Source: Peribolospora baueri (taxonomy: Eukaryota). From it: a stretch of 64,000 nt of DNA. A program made the position numbers and the translations under genes. Position 1 is the first letter of the stretch; every line of letters begins with the position of its first letter. This document shows positions 1-11,310 of this stretch, piece by piece. Location of the stretch: NCBI GenBank assembly GCA_029717555.1, contig JAMDHS010000011.1, positions 62,001-126,000 on the forward strand. Reading direction: 5' to 3'. Below the pieces are notes generated by a model that did no database searches, had not been told where the DNA came from, and saw only the letters and a program-made list of their open reading frames with translations.

Positions 1-589
1 TCCCCGCATCTTGACCTGCGCGAGCTGATTCACCATGGTCGGGTGGTCGCTCCCACAACCTCATTTTTCTAGTCACTACCTTCTCTGCATTTTTCTCGCT
101 CCCTTCAGCACCACATCTTTTCAGCTCGTCTGCTCTATTTTTTTCCCTTCTTGCTCTGTCGCTGCTTCATCCTCTTCTGTTTTCTCTTCTGCGAGTGCAT
201 GTCAGTAGCCTCTCTCTCGCTTGTCTCTCAGATGAAAGGAAGGAAGGAAGGAAAGAAGGAGCTATGTTCGGACTTTTTTTTTTTTTTCTTTCTGCCACTT
301 GCAAGGTCGTCATGCGAAGAGCGCGGCTCACACCTGTTGCACGTCACCACCACGTTACTCAGTGTGCGACTCATGCGAAATACGAATTACATGCGCGGAC
401 TTGAAAAAAAATAAAATAGAGAAAAGAGGGCACATTGAGAAATCTCATCCGGTTTGTACCTTCCCAGTTGTTAACTTGGACCCTCCAGTCGCGCGTCCAG
501 TTGTGTCCTCGAGTGGTATCCTCTCCATTCCAACAGATCCAGCAACTCGTCGGGAAAACGCCAACTGGTCGTTCTAAGCAGAACCGACA

Positions 590-1680
590 TCAACGGGCCG
601 CCTTGCCCTCCCTCCTTTCCAGCGCCCTCCGAAGGCCATCGGGCACGGGTGCCTTGCACAGCCGGTCGTAGTCGTAGGTGACGCAGAGTGCCTCGGAGGC
701 GCACACGACGGCTTGCTGTTTAAGCGAGTAGGCGATCGCCGTGAGCCAGAAGCGGTCTTCGGAGAGCGAGTGCGGGCGGTGACCAACCAGGAGCTGAGAG
801 GTGGCGGGGCATGATGAGGACAGGAAGGACGGAGACGAGGTCATGAGAGCTCGACCACTTCCGGGATGAGAGCCGTTGGAGCCTTAGACGACTCACGGTG
901 TCGGGGTAGGTGCAGGGACGGATAAAAGTAACGTTGATCTTGCCGAGGATGAAGCTGACCCCTTTTCCTCTTAGCATGTTCATAGCCACTTCCTCGGAGA
1001 GGTCCGCAGAGAGGGCCTCGGCCCACTTCATACGGCCCGTCTCGAAGAAGCGAATATAGTGAGTGTTGTTGACGTGCTGATTTCAACAAGAGACGAGCCG
1101 AAAGAGAGTGAAAGTAGCGGCCTGGTAAGGCTTGGTATCCAACACGTTGTCCGACATGGGAGCACCGAGGCATCTGCCCTCTTGCACTGATCTGAGCGTC
1201 ACGTCCTCACCTGGAACCTGGTTGACGTGAAAAGTTATGAGGTTGTAAGCGATTCAGTCCGTACTGGCAGCAAAACGAGAAATAACCCTCGTCCCCCCCT
1301 CGGTTGTGCACGAAGAGAGACGCGGCTCACTGGTCATGATGGCCCCAAACGATCATCTGCTCCACGAGGCTTTCCTCGTCGAAGCCCTTCTCGATCATGT
1401 ACGCCTTGGCCTTGGCGAGCGCCTCGGCATATGAAGCTTGACGGGACGCTATGCGTTCGGAGACGGACGGGGACTGGGACAGGGACGGGGACGGGGCGGA
1501 CGAGGCGCCATCCTTGCGCGCAGGAATGGATGCGGTCAGAAAGCCCAAACGCCCCCTGCCATCGCAGCGGCCGAGAGAAATCCGAGGGGCCCCCAACGCC
1601 GCGCGAGGGCCAGCAGCGGAATGGAGTCGGAGAAGGCCCGCGCAGTGTCGTCGACCGGCGGCGATGGGAGATGGTAGCAT
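590..1680 (-). CDS. Hotdog-fold (4HBT-like) acyl-CoA thioesterase, probably mitochondrial; 4 exons: 1680-1331, 1217-1211, 1076-897, 793-590
   Basis: The spliced product reads ...IVWGHHDQFQHVNNTHYIRFFETGR...INVTFIRPCTYPDTLLVGH...VTYDYDRLCKAPVP, carrying the D-x-x-x-H-V-N-N hotdog motif. All introns are GT-AG. The Arg-rich N-terminus resembles a targeting peptide. Confidence 0.85.
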
Positions 1681-2281
1681 CGTTTCGGCTTTGATGTCCG
1701 GCGTCGGCCAAGGATCGTGCGCTGTTGATCTCGCTCACGCGTGCTTGGCCGTTCGTGCCCTAAGCTGATCTCGGCCACCTCGATAAGCGCGGGATCGATG
1801 TCCGCTCTTGAGCGCCCATCTCCGCTCACCGGCGTCCCCGCGTTGGGCGCTTCAGGTTCACCTCCGCTCGTGGAAGAGCGCCATGGGGCCCAACAGGATC
1901 TGTGTCCTAGTGAATCTCATCCGATGGCAGCTGAGGACCAAGCCAGGCTTCTCGCGTCGTGTGTTCACATGAAAATGCAGTCTCCAAATGCGTCTGCTTG
2001 CCTCCGGCTGCGGCGGCTGGCCCGAGCGTGGCAAGGTGGGGGAAGCGGAACAAAAAGCGAGTCGATCAAAGTGACCGATTCGTTCGCACGACTCGTCGGA
2101 GAGTGCTTTCACTCGCTGTCCTCGTCACCCGGTCTCAATGCTTGTGTCCAAGACAAAGGATGCCATCGTTGGCTCGTCGCCTTACTTCTTGATGGATGGC
2201 ACATGGGCCGACACCGCGTTGGAGGCAGCGCAGCGATGTCCCAGTTTCCGTTTGCGATCGAGAGGCCATGCTGACTGATGT

Positions 2282-3700
2282 TTGGCCAGGTGCCACAGCA
2301 AATCGAACGCTCGCACGGCGCGAGAAAGGAGTGACCTGTCGCAATTCTCCTTTGTACATCTGCGGTTGCAGCTCAAAACTCTCATCACAATACCCCTACT
2401 TCATCACCACCACGACCAAGCCATCATCCTCATCCTTACCCTCGTCATCATCCTCATCAACCGCAGCAACAGCTGCAGCAGCAGCGTGGACAACCTCAAG
2501 ATACCAGCGGACGGAGTGGGACCTCGGTCTGACCTTTTCGACCGTCCCTATCGTCCTACTCGCGCAGCTGACATGCCCAACTCGCACGACCGTCCATGCC
2601 CTCATGTGCACGCCACTCGCTCCGCTCCCCAGCAACTGCCAATGGACCATGCACGCAAATCCGTAATCGGGAGTCGCCTGAGGCAAGGAGGAGCCCCTAT
2701 CTACGGACAAGGAGGCGGAAGAGAAGAGAGCCCGGCGAGAGCGGTCGATGGCATCCTCCCAATCTTCCTTCTCTTCGCCTTCCTCTATCTTGTCCGCGGC
2801 GGCATGCGCAATTTCTTTGTCTCCAGGGAAAACGGGAGGGAAAGCGCTGAACTAGAATGGGAGCAAGGACGGGGCAAGGGGAAGGACCGGCGAGGGGTGA
2901 GGCGACGGGCCCGGATAGGTGGTTGGGAGCGAGAGGAAGAGCTGAACGCCGAGGACGAGCAACTCAAATGGGACGACTTACCCCTCCCGTCGAGACTGCA
3001 CCTCAATCATCTGCACAGTCTAGCCGACGGCGCCTCTCAGGAACGAAGGCGTGCCGACCTCATCTCCCCCTTTCGCTCCACCGCCTTCCCATTCCAGAGT
3101 CTCACGAAGCCCAACACCGGCCCTTCCGCGAGAGACGTCCACTCGGCGCACATTTCAGCATGGCGGCTCGACACCTTGAATGCATCGAGGACGACGGAGG
3201 GCGGCGCTCGAGACCGTGGAGCTGACGACCGGGATGGGACCGGAAGAGGTTTTCCCTCCTACGTCGTCGAGCGACGAACCCGTGTGCCCGGCGTGGATGG
3301 CGTCGGCGACGGCGGCGGTGGACGGCAGAATGGCCCATCCAAGAAGGATGTCGAGCATTCCCAGGAGAGGGATCCCGCTAGCTGTCCTCTTTTCCTGTCC
3401 GGCCATGCTAGGCAACCTTCGAAGACCGTCGGAGCCGGGCCTTTTGAAGCAGACTCGACCAGCGATGGCGAGGAAGGACGGAGCAGCGACGAGGAGACCG
3501 TCAGGTGGGTTCACCCCTTCCCGCAGCCATCTTCGTCCACAGTTGACCATGGGGTCCACGCGCTTGTTGGCCTTGCTCTTCGAAACAAGCCAGAGAGACT
3601 TGTTCCTGTGGCGCTGACGTTAACCTGCTCCCCCTACTTCTTCTATTTTATGCGCTCCTACCTGCTCCCCGACAACAGAGATTTCTGTAGGACACAATGA
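2282..3700 (+). CDS. Hypothetical protein with one hydrophobic segment; start and 3' structure uncertain
   Basis: 472-codon ORF filling the gap between two real genes, with a TM-like stretch (GILPIFLLFAFLYLV). No domain recognised. Confidence 0.35.
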   Translation: MARCHSKSNARTARERSDLSQFSFVHLRLQLKTLITIPLLHHHHDQAIILILTLVIILINRSNSCSSSVDNLKIPADGVGPRSDLFDRPYRPTRAADMPNSHDRPCPHVHATRSAPQQLPMDHARKSVIGSRLRQGGAPIYGQGGGREESPARAVDGILPIFLLFAFLYLVRGGMRNFFVSRENGRESAELEWEQGRGKGKDRRGVRRRARIGGWEREEELNAEDEQLKWDDLPLPSRLHLNHLHSLADGASQERRRADLISPFRSTAFPFQSLTKPNTGPSARDVHSAHISAWRLDTLNASRTTEGGARDRGADDRDGTGRGFPSYVVERRTRVPGVDGVGDGGGGRQNGPSKKDVEHSQERDPASCPLFLSGHARQPSKTVGAGPFEADSTSDGEEGRSSDEETVRWVHPFPQPSSSTVDHGVHALVGLALRNKPERLVPVALTLTCSPYFFYFMRSYLLPDNRDFCRTQ

Positions 3701-4382
3701 CCCGTGCCCTTCGTAATTCTTTTCTTGTCTCAGCCATTTCCCGAGGGAGAGGCCGAATCACCCCTTGTGCGGCTCCTCTCCGGCCTTCTGTGCGCCGACG
3801 AGCCGGCACTCGGGGTGGGACTTGGTTGGTTGGTTGAAGGAGGCGTTGCAGGCCTGCGACGCCGTGCGCGGGGTTGCCTTTTCACCCGCCTCTCCCTCGT
3901 CACCCTCGTTCGTGCTCACTTCCTCTTCACTGGCGACTCTCCCATTCATACTCACCCCGCACGCGTCAGTGCGACTGTAGCACTATACCCGTCATCCTCC
4001 ACCATTCTGTCCCTTTGATCACATTACCCGTTTTTCGATCTTTCGCCTCTGGTTTCTGTGGGGTCGAAGATCGCTCGCCGCCTCTTGTTCTTATGAAAGG
4101 CCTCGAGATGCCGGGTGAGAGGAGAAGCTGAGGTGAGCAACATGACTGAACCAATCTCAGTCAGCGTGTATCGCTCGAGGACCACTCGTCCCTATCTTCC
4201 ATATCCCTCTTTATCGTCTGTATAAGGCCTTGTTGTCTCCGTCCGACGAAGGAATCCGACAAGCTTTCGGCGGCTTTCGACAGTGGTCTCCCCTATCCTG
4301 ATCCTCTATTCTAGCTTTCTCGTCTCAAAAAACACCCAGCCGGACGAGCAAAGCAAAACGGGCGGAGAAAGAACGACGAGCG

Positions 4383-6781
4383 ATGCCGTCCACGTTTGAG
4401 ATCATCTGCAACCTCCCAGAGTAAGGCGAACCTTACACCATTCCTTTACAGTCAAGTTGGCCCCGCTCTTGGTCTGATCGTTTGCGCCCTCCCGCTTACC
4501 CCGTCCGTCCGCCTTGCTTGGCCTTCCGAGCTCAGAGAGATATGGTACAAGATCGTGGAAGATGTCTGGGAGAACGGCTATAAGGATGCGGCAAACCTGA
4601 TTCAGGTGGGTTGCATGACAGCGCTTACTCTCTTTCGTCCGACGCGGCATCTCTCTCCGCTCCAGTCCGAATCGCCGTCTCGGAATTCTCCTTCTCATCT
4701 GTCCGGCGGGTTGCGTGCCCTCGTCGAGACGCCGACACCAGAACCTCTCAGGCAGCAGCAGACTGGGCTTGGCAAGTCTTGCGGACGTTCTTGATGCCAT
4801 GCGCTCCAGAACGGGGGAAGGTGACCTTGATGGACCCATCCAGCCCGATAACGTGGTGAAAATTCTCTTTTCTCATCGTTCCTCCCGCTCTGTCTGCCCA
4901 GGTCTGCAAACTTTTCCTCTCCACGCGAACAGGACAGCTGATCCGCTACCGTCTAGGCCGCCGGAAGCTTGGCCTTCCAGCTATGCCCGCTCCATCATCA
5001 CTTCCTCCAGGCGGAATCGATATGAACGCCGAGGCGGACCTTTATCAACGTACTTCGATGTCTCAATTCGGGACGTCTTGGAGTGCGGAGAACGTCCTTC
5101 TGGCGCAAGAGGTGGAAACGGCGCGGGACAGTATTTGGCACAGGGGTGACACAACATGGGCCTGGAAGGAGGGCACTGCCCGGCCCTGCATCAAAGTGGC
5201 GATGGTGGGGTCGTTGATGGTCTGTGTGGGGAACGAGGGAATGTCCATCGACGTTATCGACACGAGCGGCGAAGACGGGGAGGGGGATTTCATATGGGAC
5301 GAGAAAGGAAAGCCGCGGGTCGCGCGCATACCGACCGACGGCAAAATTGTGGAGCTCGACGTTTGTCCCAGAACCCGTATGGCGTTCATCGGGGTTGAGA
5401 CCGCGGACGGCGTCGTGGACGAAGTTGGAGACCCGCCGTGCGTATATCTGGCAACGGTATGACGACCGTTGCGCCGCGTCGCGAGAAGGGTCGGCGCTGA
5501 TACCGGGACCGTCTTTCGTCCCCTTGCCCCTTTCCCTTTTCTGCCTCCACCGGTTAAGGTGTGGGGCCATGGTGCATGTCCACGACATCGACACCGGACA
5601 GGCGCATACCACACCGCTCCGTCTGTCCTGTATTCGTCAAAATGTGAGCCTCAGGGCGTTCGAAGACGTTCTGCTCGTCCAGGTGAATCAAATGGTCGTA
5701 CTGTACGATTGGAGGACCTGGACCAGGATATGGCAGCGAGTGTGTAGTCTCGCATCGCTCTTATTAAACGAGACGTCGTTCTCCAATGCTCACGATCGGA
5801 CGTGGACACCACCTCGTTCCTCCCTCCGTCCTCCCAGCCGGACCGGCCTGGTCGCACGCCCCTTGCCGGCACCGCTGCGCCACTGACCCGAGACGGCGTC
5901 CTCGTGCTGACCCAGGATTGGGAGCGGAATCATGTTCTGGAGCTGTATCGGACGACGCAGATGGAACCGCTCGTCGCTGAAATGGACATCGATATCCCCC
6001 ATTGGTACGGAGAGGCTGCGTGCCATCTGGAATTTGATCGCGAGGCTGACGAGTCGTTCGTCGCCATTTGCCTTGGGAATGCATCGTGAGCACCTACCTC
6101 TCCCCTTTCTGTGCGGCGAGGCGGGGCAGGGGCTGGACGCTTCTGGTCTGACTTGACTCGATGATGCCTGGGCGCTGCAGATACTTAGCACGCAAATCCG
6201 ACTTGCTTTCCGTCCTCTACCCGACGGTCGCCCTCTCGCTATCCTCCCCGAGAAGAGGCCCCACCGTGCTTCCGAACGCATGGGCGGAAAAGCATTTCCT
6301 GACGATGACGTGGGGTGATGAATCTGAGCAGACCAAAATACACTCTTGTTCCATCAGCGGATTCCGCGTGATACGGGCCATCGAAGAGGGTCGGAACGAT
6401 AGTCCGTGGATAGTGAGCGATCCGTACGGGCGGGCCTTCTTTTCTCTCTGGGAGGCGGAAAGGGACTTCTTCTCGGGGGCGAAAGAGGGTGTGGAAGGGA
6501 TGAGGTTCCGGGAGGAGTTGATTCTCTGGTCTAGCCTTAGGTCCGCCTTTTCGAGCGTGTTCATTGGGCTGGATGGGGGGTGGCGTTTGAGTGAACCGAT
6601 GACCGGGTGGAGTTCGCCGCTAGTGTCACCACCTGAGTCGCCGGTCCGTGAGGGCTGTGATTGTCCGCCCGGCGAGGCCGACTATGGGATGAGCCTGCAA
6701 GGTCCTCGCCTGGGGCTCGTGAGTCGACCTTGGGGCGAAGGTGGGTTCGGCGAGGTCGAAAGATTCCTAATCTTCGTGTGA
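4383..6781 (+). CDS. F-box domain protein (multi-exon), C-terminal region possibly beta-propeller-like
   Basis: Splicing exon 1 (ATG 4383...CCA GA|gtaagg), exon 2 (...ATT CAG|gtgggt) and exon 3 (cag|GTC TGC AAA, ~4902) gives ICNLPEEIWYKIVEDVWENGYKDAANLIQVCKLF, an F-box-like LP-EI...L-QVCK-F pattern. It continues through the ORFs at 4983-5462, 5802-6089 and 6161-6781. Confidence 0.6.
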
Positions 6782-7440
6782 GGCACCTGCACGAGTGGTC
6801 TGCCCGTGACCCATGTATGTCTGCCGAGTGGGAAGGAAGGGGGCGCGCCGCGCCGTCGTCGAAACTCTCGACGACCACAGGTTCAAGCGAGTCAAATCAG
6901 ATAGAGAGATCAATAGATGAGCACGGCCCTCGTCGAGCGCTGGACGGACAGCTTGAGTACGGCAAGAATGAGCTCGCGCCTTGAGCGCTTTGCATGCGTC
7001 ATCGTACGCAATGGATTCAGACGTGAAATGTTATGTCAAAAGGGGAAAAAAACAACGCTTCTTCCATCCGAAAGGCTAAAGGTTCGGATCGGGGGAGACG
7101 ACTTCGAGCTGAGCTAGACAAGAAGACCGGAAGGGGAGGGAGGGGGATGTTATGTGGAGAGAGCCGGGGAGGAAGCGAAGCGAATGTATGGTGCGTGGAC
7201 GAACGAAGAGGAAGTGGTATTATGGATACGACGAGACGCGACGACGGAGGGGTGTTTACTACGACCGACGAGGAGGGAGAAAGAGGAAGAGAGGAACGAC
7301 TTGCTAGCTGGAGCTGGAGCGAACGCGTGCCACCGCACCGATTCCCGTTTCCACCGACTTGGAGAACACTACACTAAGGGGAGGGAGAACTAAGGGGCAC
7401 CGTACCGAACGCGAGAAGACGCGGCGATCCTCCAGGGAGC

Positions 7441-9233
7441 TCAGTACTCGGCGACCTCCTCGCCCTCGTCACCGACAGAGTCGAGGCCAACCTCCTCGTA
7501 GTCCTTCTCGAGCGCGGCCAAGTCCTCGCGAGCCTCAGAGAACTCGCCCTCCTCCATACCCTCACCGACGTACCAGTGGACGAAGGCACGCTTGGAGTAG
7601 AGCAGGTCGAACTTGTGGTCGAGCCTGCCCCAGGCGACAGCGATCGAGGTGGTGTTGGAGAGCATGCACAGACTCCGCGACACCTTGGCAAGGTCGCCGC
7701 CGGGGACGAGCGCGGGGGGCTCGTTGCAAACGCCGAGCTTGAAGCCGGTGGGGCACCAGTCGACGAACTGGATCGTGCGCTTCGTCTTGATCGCCGACAC
7801 GGCGGCGTTGACGTCCTTGTGCACGACGTCGCCGCGGTAGAGCAAGCAGCAGGCCATGAACTGGGAGAGTAAAGTGGAGATGCAGACGTTGTAAGGTTAG
7901 AGGACGAGGCTGAAAGGCGTTCCGCTCGCCCGCCCGGCCGGCAGACTCACCTTGCCGTCACGAGGGTCGCACTTGACCATCTGGTTGCTGGCCTCGAAGC
8001 AGGAGAAGGTCATCTCGCTGACCGAGTTCTGCTCGTGGAAGGCCTTGTCGGCCGAGATGATGGGCGCGTAGGTGGCCAGAGGGAAGTGGATACGAGGGAA
8101 GCTGGAGAAAGGAAGCGTTGATAGGAGATATGGATTTAATCTCGCCGCGGTGCGACTGGATTAACCCGCGCGCGGATGCAAGGCAAACACGACTCACGGC
8201 ACTAGGTTGGTCTGGAACTCGTTGAGGTCGACGTTGAGGGAGCCGTCGAAGCGGAGCGAGGCGGTGATAGTGGAGACGACCTGGGCGATGAGCCTGTTGA
8301 GGTTAGTGTAGCTCGGGCTCTGGATGCCGAGGTTGCGACGGCAGATGTCGTAAATAGCCTCGTTGTCGACCATGAAGGAGCAGTCGGAGTGCTCGAGGGT
8401 GGTGTGGGTGGTGAGGACAGAGTTGTAAGGCTCAACGACCGAGGTGCTCATCTTGGGCGCCGGGTAGACGGAGAACTCGAGCTTGGACTTCTTGCCGTAG
8501 TCGGTGGAGAGGCGCTCCATGAGGAGAGCACCGAAGCCGGAGCCGGTGCCACCGCCGAAGGAGTGGAAGACGAAGAAGCCCTGGAGGCCGGAGCAGTTGT
8601 CGGCAAGCTTGCGGATCCGGTCGAGGACCGTGTCGACGAGCTCCTTGCCGATGGTGTAGTGGCCGCGGGCGTAGTTGTTCGCCGCGTCCTCCTTGCCGCT
8701 CACCATGGACTCGGGGTGGAAGAGGGAACGGTAGGTGCCGGTGCGGACCTCGTCGATGACGTTGGGCTCGAGGTCGACATAGACGGAGCGGGGGACGTGC
8801 TTGCCGGAGCCGGTCTCGGAGAAGAAGGTGGAGAAGCCATCATCGTTCTCCGAGGGGGAGCCCTCCTGGATGCGGCCATCCGGCTGAGAGAGGTTGGAGG
8901 TAGTGTATACGCGTATGCGAAGAGTCAGCGGGGCAGGAAGGAGAGGGGACGGAAGGGGGGGCGAAAAGGGGCCGGGGGGCCCGGAAGACTCACAGAGAGG
9001 CCGTGCTCGAGGCAGTAGAGCTCCCAGCAGGCGTTACCGATCTGGACACCGGCCTGACCGACGTGGACGGAGATGACCTCACGCACTGAGGGGTGCGAGA
9101 AGATAGGGAGGGGGAAGGAAGAGGGGAGGGAGAAGCGGGTGAGCAGAGACGCGGCGCATGTGACGACGCGGCCGTGCGGAAGCGAAAGGACGGGTAGAGG
9201 AAGACAAAGGGGATGGCACGAGGGCGACTCACT
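7441..9233 (-). CDS. TUB1: Alpha-tubulin; coding exons 9233 (A of ATG), 9085-8994, 8883-8198, 8101-7951, 7860-7441
   Basis: [25 protein letters not shown], the GGGTGSG tubulin signature, [35 protein letters not shown] and a terminal Tyr (...EEVAEY). Confidence 0.98.
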
Positions 9234-9451
9234 GGTTGAAGAGAGATGAAGAGCGAGGGATGGAAGGGTGGATGGGGGAAGATGAAGGGATGGGTGGTGG
9301 GAGTGGTGGAGGATGGAGAGCAGGCGTCGGCTGGATGGCCACCGCAGAGATGCGTTTCTTCACTGGGCCCGCCTCGAGCGTCAGCCGCGAGCCGGCCCAG
9401 GCAGGCCAGGCGCAGGCCACCGCCAGCCTAGTCGGCCAGCGCGCCCCCGCA

Positions 9452-9461
9452 AGCCAATCAG
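9452..9461 (+). promoter_or_regulatory. CCAAT box in the ~380-bp divergent promoter between alpha-tubulin and NHP2
   Basis: AGCCAATCAG matches the extended NF-Y/HAP consensus and lies between two head-to-head housekeeping genes. Confidence 0.45.
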
Positions 9462-9615
9462 AACCGCCCTCTCGCTCCCCCGCCTGTCTCCGCTCACGTG
9501 ACCCACTGCGGCACCACCGAGGAATTTCCATGCCGTGCACAGAGAGGACCGCAGATCCCAGGTCGGCCCCTCCTGCCAAGACGACAGACAGACGCCAGCC
9601 AGCCCGAGCTCAGCC

Positions 9616-10664
9616 ATGGCCAAAGACATCGACAAGAAGGAGAAGAAGCGGCGCAAGTCCGAGGCGGCGGCCGCGGAAGCCATGGACGTGGACGTGGACG
9701 TGGCCGTGACGCCGGCAAAGTCCGAGGCGGCGTCGGTGCATGTGGACGTCAAGGAGAGCGCCAAGAAGGAGAAGAAGGAGAAGAAGGAGAAGGAAAAGAA
9801 GAAGGAAAAGGAAAAGGAGAAGGAGAAGGAGAAGGAGAAGAAGGAGAAGAAGGGCAAGGGAGAGGCGGAGGAGGACGATGAAGAGGACGACGTCAAGGAG
9901 AAGCACATCCCTCCAGAGGCCATCAGCCCGATCGCCCACCCGCTCGCGCAGAAGAAGCTGGCGAAGAAGGTGTTCAAAACGATCAAGAAGGGTGGGTGTG
10001 GCGCGAGCGGGCACCTTTTTCCCCTTTCCTTCTTTTTTCGATGAGAAAGAAGCTTCTAAGTTGTTGACGTCCTTCTCGTGCTCTGTCCGCCCCAGCTTCC
10101 AAAGCGCGAGGACATGTCAAACGAGGTGTCAAAGAGGTGGTCAAGGGGATCCGAAAGGGCGAGAAGGGGTGAGCTTTTGCTTGAAGTTGGACGCTGCCAG
10201 ACCGTAGATGCCCGTGTCCCTTTCTCTGATGTCTTTTCTGCTCGCTCCGCCCGCCAGTCTGGTCATCATGGCCGGCGACATCTCCCCCGTCGACGTCCTC
10301 TCGCATATCCCCCTCCTCTGCGAAGAGTCCTCCAACCCATACATCTTTGTCACCTCCAAAGATGCCCTCGGCGCTGCCAGTGCCACCAAGCGTCCCACCT
10401 CGTGCGTCATGATCTGTCCCGCTGGCCAGAAGAAGAAGAACAGGAAAGAGGGGGAGGAGGAGAAGATCCGGCAAAAGGCCGACGAGTACAAGGAGGGATA
10501 CGAGGACATTGTCAAGGAGGTCAAGGCGCTGGTGAGTTGCCGGGTTTCGTCTCGTCCGGGACCGGTGAGCAGGACATGTTTGACGTCCCGTTTTCTTGAC
10601 ATCCGACGCACCCCATCTGCCGTATTAAATCATGTCATATCAGGACGACCGAATCTCTTACTAG
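9616..10664 (+). CDS. NHP2: H/ACA snoRNP subunit NHP2 (L7Ae family) with KE-rich N-terminal extension; exons 9616-9991, 10096-10168, 10258-10531, 10644-10664
   Basis: SPIAHPLAQKKLAKKVFKTIKKASKARGHVKRGVKEVVKGIRKGEKGLVIMAGDISPVDVLSHIPLLCEE...FVTSKDALGAASATKRPTSCVMI. Confidence 0.93.
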
Positions 10665-11310
10665 TCCCTCGCAGCCCCACCGCCTCGACACCCTCTTCTC
10701 CAGTTCCTTTCCTCTGCTCTCATGTATTAATCCCTTCTCGACGATGATCACGCTCCCACTCTCCCTCTGACAGAGCGAAGACGCGAAGGAAAAGAGAAAA
10801 AAAATGGCACCGAAAGCAGATCCTTTCGCACTGATTCCCGCGTTTCAAGCTGTCCCGGTGGGTAGGGCCGAGTTCCCTCCGGCGGACGGGCGGGCAGACG
10901 TCTGAGACGGAGCGGGGGGCAGCAGCAGAAACCGATGTGACGTCGCTCGCCAGTCCTTCGATCGTGTGTCGGGGGATAAAAAAAAGAAAAAAAAAGAAAG
11001 AGCGGAAGCCTATTTAACAAGAAGGGGGGTTGGCAAGCGAAACGGAACGAGAAAGGGAGGCGAAACGAGGCGAGAGGAAAAGAAAGGAAACGAGTCATGT
11101 CCGCAACTTCCCATCGCTGACGCGAGGCCCATGCGTGGTACGGTTCTGCGTCGCACAGACGATCACTGATCTGTCTTTGACCGGAGTCATCTCAATGTAC
11201 GATATACCATGCACTCTACACCATTACGCATGCGTCGTGCACCATGCGCATGTCGCTCCTCCTCTCCCTGCCCTTCTTGCAAACCCACTCCCCGTTGTCC
11301 TTCCGTCCCC

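Noticed and set aside
236..290. (GAAG)n and T-run simple repeats
   Set aside because: Ordinary microsatellite or low-complexity sequence.
8389..9018. 209-aa + strand ORF antisense to alpha-tubulin (also 7576-7872)
   Set aside because: Shadow ORF from strong GC3 codon bias in the sense gene; no independent gene signals.
9740..10207. Poly-Arg and antisense poly-Leu/Phe-Ser ORFs
   Set aside because: Alternative frames of the GAGAAG-rich, KE-encoding repeat in NHP2 exon 1.
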